Source: Rhodospirillaceae bacterium (GTDB lineage Bacteria; Pseudomonadota; Alphaproteobacteria; CACIAM-22H2). Taken from it: DNA of 64,000 nucleotides. The stretch is from assembly GCA_022843945.1 (NCBI GenBank), contig JALHMR010000002.1:72073-136072 (forward strand), read 5' to 3'. The notes under the pieces were generated by a model that worked only from the letters and a program-made list of their open reading frames with translations, searched no databases and had not been told where the DNA came from. Positions 57,884 to 64,000 of the stretch are shown one piece after another (position 1 is the first letter of the stretch; each line of letters starts with the position of its first letter). Both the position numbers and the translations under genes were made by a program.

Positions 57884-60800
57884 CTAGTACGAGCGGGCCC
57901 TGAAGACCTTGGCGGACGTCAACCGGTCGCGATCCGCCACGATGCGGCCCGTGAAAAGGCCGGCGCCCTGTGCCTCGGCGATCTCGGAGGCCTCCGTGAG
58001 AAGGCGCAGCGCTCCCTCCCGGTCGCCATCCCGGTCGGCCAGCAACCTGGCCTCCAGCCGGCACAATTCGGACCGGAACCGCACGTTGCCGTATTCCATC
58101 ATCCGCCTGGCCTCATTGAGCATGCGGCTGCATTCGTCAAAGAGGCCGGCTGCCAGGCAGGCCTCGGCGTGCAGCAGCGGCCAGAAGTTATGATAGACCC
58201 GGTGGGCTGAGAGCATCTCGACCCCGCGCCGGGCCGTGGCCAGGCCATCGGCCACAGCGCCACGCCGTGTCGCCACGAGGCCCAGAAAAAGGTCGGAAAA
58301 ACCGGCCCAGGCCGGCAGCGGCTCGGCCCGCATCACCTCGGCCAGTTCGCGCGCGTGGTATTCGACGTCGGCGTCTTCTCCCAGAAGGTAGGGATGCAGA
58401 CAGCCGGCGAAGGTCAGCGTATGACAGCGGTCATACAGGCGCCTGGAGGTCCGCGCGTACTCGACGGTGCGCTTGCGCCAGGCATCGGCCTCGGCGCGGT
58501 TGCCCGCCAGCGTATGGACTTCGGCAATGCCCATCATCACCACTGCCGTGTGATCGGTATGCCCGGTTCGCAACTGGTCGCCATGGCGATCGGGGTCGAG
58601 CAGTTCCATGTAGCTCTGGTAATTCTTAAGCGCCGTGCGCAGGTCGCCGCAGAACAGGTCCGACGTCGCGCACATCCGCAGCACGATCAGGCGGTCGACA
58701 TCCGGACTGTCGGCAGTGGTCTCGCGAACCTGATACGCGAAATCCCGGGCCGTGCCGGCCAGGTTCGCGGTCAGCATCTGGACCCACTTGATGTGGAGCG
58801 TGGGAACCATCCGCGCCGAGGGGCCGAGCGTTCGTCCCAGCGTCATGACATGCGCGATCTCCTCGGCGACATCGGACCCGCGATGGCCGCGTGCGCAGAT
58901 CAGCGCCGCGACCAGGCTGAGCCTCTGCCCCAGCTCGCGCTCGTCCCGTTCGGGAGAGGGGGCTGCGCGCCTGGTCAGCTCGATGGCATTCCTGAAGAAG
59001 CCGACCGCTTCGGCATAGGCCGACCGGCGCGAGGCCTCCTGTCCGGCCTTGTCCCAGGCGCTTGCGGCTTCGGTGAACTGTCCGGCCGCGGCGCGCTGGA
59101 TGGCTACCAGATGCGGCGCCGCGGTGGCGATGTCGGGAAACTGCTTGCTCAACGTATCGGCGATCCGGGCATGCAGGATGGTGCGCTTGCGGCGCAGGAG
59201 CAGCCCGTAGGCGGCGTCGCGCACCAGGTTGTGCCGGAACTTGATCGCCTCGCCGAACGGGCTCTGGCCCGGCACGATGATGTTGGCGGCCAGAAGTTCC
59301 CCGATGCCGGTGTGGACGACGCTGGGCGGCAGGTCGGACACCGCCGTCAGGACGGAAATCGGGAATTCGCGGCCGATGGCTGCGGCGATCGAGGCGATCT
59401 GGCGCCCGTGAACCAGCCTGTCCAGGCGCGCCAGAAGCGATTCGGACAAGGAGAGCGGCACCTGTTCCAGGGGATTGGCGCTGAGCCCCTGCCGTATGGA
59501 ATCCAGATAGCCGCGAACCAGCTCCTCGGCGTAGAGCGGCACACCGTCAGATCGAGTGACCAGGGCCTCGGCGATCTCGGCGGTCATCGCTACCCCGGCT
59601 GCCAGGCTGAGCACCATCTCTCCAATGTCGGCAGGGGCGAGGCGGCGCAGGCGCAGGGTCTCGGCCCCGTCATTGGCCAACCAATCCGGTAACGGACCGG
59701 GCTGTGCGGTACCCACCATCAGATACCCCGCGTCACGGAAGTCAGGCAGAACGGAATTCAGCAATTCGATTGTCGAGGGGTCGATCCACTGGACGTCCTC
59801 GACGATCAGCGCGCCGGACTCGCTCACCGCTCCACGCAAGATCAAGGCAAGGAGTGCCATTGTCCGCGCCCGCAGCTCGACCGGCGCCAGGCGGGTCAGG
59901 ACTCCTTCGGCTGGACGCGCCGGATCCAGCTGTGCCGCCAGAAGCTCGATCGCCAGATCGGGCAGCGGGTCGACCGCGCTCCGCAGCCATTCCGACAGGC
60001 GGACAGCGGTCGCTGCCGCCGGCTCGTCGGCGATCAGCCCGGCGGCCTGCCTCACGTAATATCGTATCGCGTAGAACGGCACACCGATGGCGTAGGGCGA
60101 ACACTGCAGTACCACGGGCCGGTCGATGCCGGCCGTGGACAGCGCCTGCCGGATCAGGCGCGACTTGCCGATTCCGGTTTCGCCGTTGACCACGATTATC
60201 CGCCCTTTGCCGGCGCGCATGGTGGCAAAGCGCAGCGCCAGATCGGCCCGCTCGGCCTGCCGGTCGACGAAGGCCTGGCTTCGCCGTGCCGCGCGCAGGG
60301 CGTCATAGCGGCTGGCGGTGCTGGACCGCCCGCGCACCCGCCAGACCCGTACCGGTGCGGTGATGCCGTGGATCCGGACATCGCCCAGATCCGCGCAGTC
60401 GAATATGTTGCCGATGAGCTCCCGGGTCTGATCCGCGATGATCAGGCTGCCGGGCTCGGCGACTGCCTGCAGTCGCGCAGCCAGGTTCGGCGTTTCGCCG
60501 ATGGCGCTGTCGTCGCGCAGCGACAGACCCTCGTCGAAAGCACCGACGACTGTCAGGCCCGTGGCGATGCCGACCCTGACTTCCGGCTGCCGACCTTCGA
60601 AAGGCAGAATTCGGGAAACGGTTTCGATCACCGCAAGGCCAGCGGCTACGGCCCGTTCGGCGTCATGACCCGAGGCTACCGGAAAGCCGAAGCTCGCCAT
60701 GACGCCATCGCCCAGGAACTGCGACACCGTGCCGCCAAAAGGCAGGATCGCGGCTTCGATCTCGTGCCTGAAATGGGTGATGAATTCGCGAAAATCTTCG

Positions 60801-61120
60801 GGATCGCTGACGGCCGAGAGGGCCGTCGAGCCGACCAGGTCGCAGAACATCACGGTCAGAATGCGGCGTTCGGCCGCCGCGGGCGGAGCTTCCGACGCCG
60901 CCCCTGTGACGGGCGCGGCGACATTCCGCAGGGTCGCTGCCGCTGTCAGGATGCGCCGGCGATGCCCCACCGAGGCGACGCCGATGTCACGCAGGTCGTC
61001 GGCCGTCAGATCGGGCAGGGCCTGGCCGTCGATGTCGTTGTCGCGAAAGGCCTCGACGTAGATGCCAAGCCCCAATGACTCCAGCCAGGGCGCCACGTCG
61101 ATATGTTTCTGCCGCGCCAT
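57884..61120 (-). CDS. SAM-domain / class III adenylate-guanylate cyclase / AAA-ATPase / TPR multidomain signalling protein
   Basis: N-terminal sterile-alpha-motif-like region, a class III cyclase core (LTVMFCDLVGSTAL...), a P-loop (VNGETGIGKSRL), and a long helical-repeat tail. Confidence 0.8.
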   Translation of the reverse strand: MARQKHIDVAPWLESLGLGIYVEAFRDNDIDGQALPDLTADDLRDIGVASVGHRRRILTAAATLRNVAAPVTGAASEAPPAAAERRILTVMFCDLVGSTALSAVSDPEDFREFITHFRHEIEAAILPFGGTVSQFLGDGVMASFGFPVASGHDAERAVAAGLAVIETVSRILPFEGRQPEVRVGIATGLTVVGAFDEGLSLRDDSAIGETPNLAARLQAVAEPGSLIIADQTRELIGNIFDCADLGDVRIHGITAPVRVWRVRGRSSTASRYDALRAARRSQAFVDRQAERADLALRFATMRAGKGRIIVVNGETGIGKSRLIRQALSTAGIDRPVVLQCSPYAIGVPFYAIRYYVRQAAGLIADEPAAATAVRLSEWLRSAVDPLPDLAIELLAAQLDPARPAEGVLTRLAPVELRARTMALLALILRGAVSESGALIVEDVQWIDPSTIELLNSVLPDFRDAGYLMVGTAQPGPLPDWLANDGAETLRLRRLAPADIGEMVLSLAAGVAMTAEIAEALVTRSDGVPLYAEELVRGYLDSIRQGLSANPLEQVPLSLSESLLARLDRLVHGRQIASIAAAIGREFPISVLTAVSDLPPSVVHTGIGELLAANIIVPGQSPFGEAIKFRHNLVRDAAYGLLLRRKRTILHARIADTLSKQFPDIATAAPHLVAIQRAAAGQFTEAASAWDKAGQEASRRSAYAEAVGFFRNAIELTRRAAPSPERDERELGQRLSLVAALICARGHRGSDVAEEIAHVMTLGRTLGPSARMVPTLHIKWVQMLTANLAGTARDFAYQVRETTADSPDVDRLIVLRMCATSDLFCGDLRTALKNYQSYMELLDPDRHGDQLRTGHTDHTAVVMMGIAEVHTLAGNRAEADAWRKRTVEYARTSRRLYDRCHTLTFAGCLHPYLLGEDADVEYHARELAEVMRAEPLPAWAGFSDLFLGLVATRRGAVADGLATARRGVEMLSAHRVYHNFWPLLHAEACLAAGLFDECSRMLNEARRMMEYGNVRFRSELCRLEARLLADRDGDREGALRLLTEASEIAEAQGAGLFTGRIVADRDRLTSAKVFRARSY

Positions 61121-61138
61121 GGGATTTCCGCTGACCGC

Positions 61139-62794
61139 TCAGCGCGCCCTTGACGGTTGCGCCGGTGCCCGTCCGGCTGGAGCGCGTCCGCCGGTGTAGT
61201 CGATCTCCTTTGCCAGGGCCGCGGCCAGGGCATCGGGAATGACCTGCTTCTCCAACGGCACGGAAATCTGATACGGGACCTGCTGGGCGAACGTGAACAG
61301 GCGACCGGGGTCGTACTTGTTCTTGACCTTCACCAGTCCCGGCAGGGCGCTGCCCCAATAGTTATTCGCGTAGTCCGGGACGTTGATCTTGCAGTAGTTC
61401 TGGTAGACCTCGCCGTTCCACATGGTCTCCATCATCTGGATCCAGCCGTTCAGGAAGGCCTCGTTCGCCTTGCGCTCGTTGGGCAGGTACCAGTAGACAT
61501 CCATCACCGCGTCGAAATGCGCGTCACGGTGGATGAAGGCGCTGCTCCCGATGGGATAGCGGGCAATCGCGCCGCCATAGAACTCCAGGTACATGTAGGT
61601 CAGAGCGTTCGGCGCGTTGTTGACGAAATAGGTCAGGATCTGGCTCCATTGCGTAGGCGTCAGATCGCTGGCGACATAGCGTGAGGCCTTGTCCTGATTG
61701 GGCTTGCCCTGGTCCTCGACGGGCTGCTCCTGCGGCTTGTTCAGCAAGGCGTCGAGGACTTCGGGGTAACTACCGAAGGTCGCGAACTGAATGATGCAGC
61801 CCGGCATATCGGCGATAGCCGCCATCGCGGCCAAGCCGGACTTCAGGTCCCCCACCCACAGCCCGCGCACCATGAAAACGGGGATCGACTGGTTCAGCGG
61901 CGGCATTTGGGGATCGAGGATTGTCTGATAGACCACCAGCACCTGCAGGGTGAGGTTGTCCGGCGCTCCCGTGCCCAGCATGTACTGATTTTGCAGCAGC
62001 ATCATCACGTTGGTCGCGTTCGCGATATCGTCGGCGGTGACCAGCGGCCAGGCCAGTGCGATGCCGCTCACTTCTTCCATGGGGTAGAGCTGATATGTGA
62101 CGCTGAGCAGGACGCCGAAGTTACCGCCGGTGCCGCCGCGCATCGCCCACCACAGGTCGTAGTTCTGCTGCTCATTGGCGACGACGATGCTGCCGTCCGC
62201 CAGCATGACGCGCATTTCGATCACGTTGTCGCAGTTCATGCCGTAGGTCGTCGAGGTGAAGCCGATGCCGCCTCCCTGCACGTAGCCGCCGATGGCGACG
62301 TCGTCACATTCCCCGCCGGGCACGTGCAGTCCGTAAGCGGCGAGTGCCTGGTTGAAAGGACCGAAACGGAGGGCAGCGCTGACCGTCGCTATCCGGGTCA
62401 GCGGATTGATCTGCGGCTCGGCAGCAAGACCCGCAATGTCGATCAACATGCCGAAGCCGGCCGAGAACCCGGCTGTGCAATGCCCGCCGGAGCGCACGGT
62501 GAAGGGAAGGCCGTTGGCATTCGGGAGCCCGATCGCCACGGCGACGTCGTTTTCGCTCTCGCACATCGCAATCACGCAAGGGTTCGGATTGAACGCCGGA
62601 TTGGACAACTGGCGGAGATCGTCGTAGCCCGGATCGCCGGGCATCACGAACACACCCTGGAAGGCCGCCTGCGCCGCCTTCAGCGACGCCCGCGTGATGC
62701 CCATCTTCTTGAAGTCGGCGTCGTCCCGCTTGTCCCAAAGCGAGAACAGCTCGGCGTCCCGAGCATTCTTTCGGGAATAGATCCTCTTAGGCAT
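61139..62794 (-). CDS. FAD-linked oxidase (PCMH/berberine-bridge-enzyme-like)
   Basis: FAD-binding PCMH domain (VRSGGHC...) and a BBE-like C-terminus. GC3 slightly lower than the neighbours. Confidence 0.8.
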   Translation of the reverse strand: MPKRIYSRKNARDAELFSLWDKRDDADFKKMGITRASLKAAQAAFQGVFVMPGDPGYDDLRQLSNPAFNPNPCVIAMCESENDVAVAIGLPNANGLPFTVRSGGHCTAGFSAGFGMLIDIAGLAAEPQINPLTRIATVSAALRFGPFNQALAAYGLHVPGGECDDVAIGGYVQGGGIGFTSTTYGMNCDNVIEMRVMLADGSIVVANEQQNYDLWWAMRGGTGGNFGVLLSVTYQLYPMEEVSGIALAWPLVTADDIANATNVMMLLQNQYMLGTGAPDNLTLQVLVVYQTILDPQMPPLNQSIPVFMVRGLWVGDLKSGLAAMAAIADMPGCIIQFATFGSYPEVLDALLNKPQEQPVEDQGKPNQDKASRYVASDLTPTQWSQILTYFVNNAPNALTYMYLEFYGGAIARYPIGSSAFIHRDAHFDAVMDVYWYLPNERKANEAFLNGWIQMMETMWNGEVYQNYCKINVPDYANNYWGSALPGLVKVKNKYDPGRLFTFAQQVPYQISVPLEKQVIPDALAAALAKEIDYTGGRAPAGRAPAQPSRAR

Positions 62795-62951
62795 CGAAAG
62801 CTCTCCCCCGCCGCAGGCATCAAAGCATCAGGCAACTCATCGATCTGTTGTGTGAAACTTTAAGGACCTTAGCTGATCCTTGAGAAAAAGCACAATCACG
62901 GCAATCGCCGGTAGTGCGGTAGTCTCCTCGGCGGTTGCAGCGCAGGTCGAG

Positions 62952-64000
62952 TCAGTACGAGCGCGGCAGGCCGAGGACGTGCTCGGCGATATAGGCGAGG
63001 ATCAGGTTGGTCGAGATCGGCGCCACCTGGTAGAGCCGCGTCTCGCGGAACTTGCGCTCGACGTCGTATTCCTCGGCGAAGCCGAAGCCGCCATGGGTCT
63101 GCAGGCACATCTCGGCGGCTTGCCATGAGGCTTCGGAGGTCAGCATCTTGGCCATGTTGGCTTCCGAGCCGCAGGGTTCGCCCGCCTCATAGAGCGCGAT
63201 GGCCTTCCTGAGCATCAGTTCCGCCGCTTCGGTGGCGGCATAGGCGCGGGCAATGGGGAACTGGATGCCCTGGTTCTGGCCGATCGGTCGGCCGAAGACC
63301 ACGCGCTCCTTGGCGTAGGCGCTGGCCTTGGCGATGAACCAGCGCGCGTCACCGATGCACTCGGCGGCGATCAGGATGCGCTCGGCGTTCATGCCGTCGA
63401 GGATGTAACGGAAGCCCTTGCCTTCCTCGCCGATCAGGTTCTCGGCCGGGACCTCGAGATTGTCGAAGAACACCTCGGTGGTGGCGTGGTTGATCATGGC
63501 GCGCAAGGGGCGGATGGTCAGGCCCTTGCCCTTGGCTTCGCGCATGTCGACCAGCAGCACCGAGAGGCCGTCGGTCTTCTTCTTCGTCTCGCCCTTGGCC
63601 GTGGTGCGGGCGAGCAGCAGCATCAGGTCGGAATGCTCGGCCCGCGAGGTCCACACCTTCTGGCCGTTGACCACGTACTTGTCGTTGCCCTGGCGCGTCG
63701 CGGTGGTGCGTAGCGAAGTCGTATCGGTGCCGGCGGTGGGTTCGGTGACGCCGAAGGCCTGCAGGCGAAGTTCGCCACTGGCGATGCCGGGCAGGTACTT
63801 CTGCTTCTGGGCCGGGCTGCCGTGCCGCAGGATGGTGCCCATGGTGTACATCTGGGCGTGGCAGGCGGCGGCGTTGCCGCCGCTCTTGTGGATCTCCTCC
63901 AGGATGGCGCAGGCGGCGCCCAGGGGCAGGCCGCTGCCGCCGTATTCCTCGGGGATCAGCGCGCCGAGATAGCCGGCCTCGGTCAGCGCCTTGACGAAGT
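62952..64000 (-). CDS. Acyl-CoA dehydrogenase, N-terminally cut by the window edge
   Basis: ACAD middle and C-terminal domains (YTMGT..., GGFGFAEEYDVERKFRE). The frame runs past 63851 to the window end (...FVKALTEAGYLGALIPEEYGG...). Confidence 0.85.
   Translation of the reverse strand, partial: FVKALTEAGYLGALIPEEYGGSGLPLGAACAILEEIHKSGGNAAACHAQMYTMGTILRHGSPAQKQKYLPGIASGELRLQAFGVTEPTAGTDTTSLRTTATRQGNDKYVVNGQKVWTSRAEHSDLMLLLARTTAKGETKKKTDGLSVLLVDMREAKGKGLTIRPLRAMINHATTEVFFDNLEVPAENLIGEEGKGFRYILDGMNAERILIAAECIGDARWFIAKASAYAKERVVFGRPIGQNQGIQFPIARAYAATEAAELMLRKAIALYEAGEPCGSEANMAKMLTSEASWQAAEMCLQTHGGFGFAEEYDVERKFRETRLYQVAPISTNLILAYIAEHVLGLPRSY

Overview
Features are called from the six-frame ORF track plus my own reading of the sequence; protein identities are assigned from motifs and family knowledge, not from database searches. 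The window is 64 kb of high-GC (about 65-70% by eye) alphaproteobacterial chromosome. Two dispersed hairpin repeat families suggest a Bradyrhizobiaceae-like host: the CCCTCTCCC...GGGAGAGGG elements, and the GCCGGGTCAAGCCCGGC elements whose spurious translation reads PGHD. Most genes are ordinary accessory metabolism, densely packed on both strands:
- an LPS-type deoxysugar cassette (DdhC/RfbH-like dehydratase, TPP-dependent E1 alpha/beta pair, epimerase)
- a PAS sensor kinase, apt, cytochrome c, and an amidase/amidohydrolase pair
- a five-gene peptide-type ABC importer
- LysR regulator with a divergent GST gene; SPFH/NfeD pair; alkB
- a ureide/amide hydrolase block, FGGY kinase, and a CoA-dependent catabolic operon (nitronate monooxygenase, two crotonases, family-III CoA-transferase, HMG-CoA-lyase-like)
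- acyl-CoA synthetase and class II aldolase
- a partial, divergent AmmeMemoRadiSam pair beside a phosphotransferase/P-loop/GNAT fusion
- GMC oxidoreductase, SDRs, an MFS transporter, a large SAM/cyclase/AAA/TPR protein, a BBE-like FAD oxidase, and an acyl-CoA dehydrogenase cut by the window edge.
No rRNA, tRNA, CRISPR array, transposase or integrase was found. The points most worth a second look:
1. A low-GC islet at 41.8-42.9 kb encodes a trypco2-like protein plus an alpha-helical, possibly HEPN-like protein. It is inserted flush against the start codon of an acyl-CoA synthetase gene. This is the best candidate here for an uncharacterised conflict/defence module.
2. A second low-GC islet at 26.3-27.2 kb encodes a divergent HslV/proteasome-beta-like Ntn hydrolase interrupted by an in-frame TAA.
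3. Three paralogous small secreted Lys/Ala-rich proteins, each with a Pro/Thr-rich segment and a conserved C-terminal motif, sit beside alkB and bracket a cytoplasmic P4H-like 2OG-Fe(II) oxygenase. Each has its own copy of a conserved terminator hairpin.
4. Two tandem paralogous prepilin-peptidase-like membrane proteins, only one of which keeps the Asp pair.
5. A roughly 115-bp direct duplication of a gene 3' end brackets a two-gene insert.
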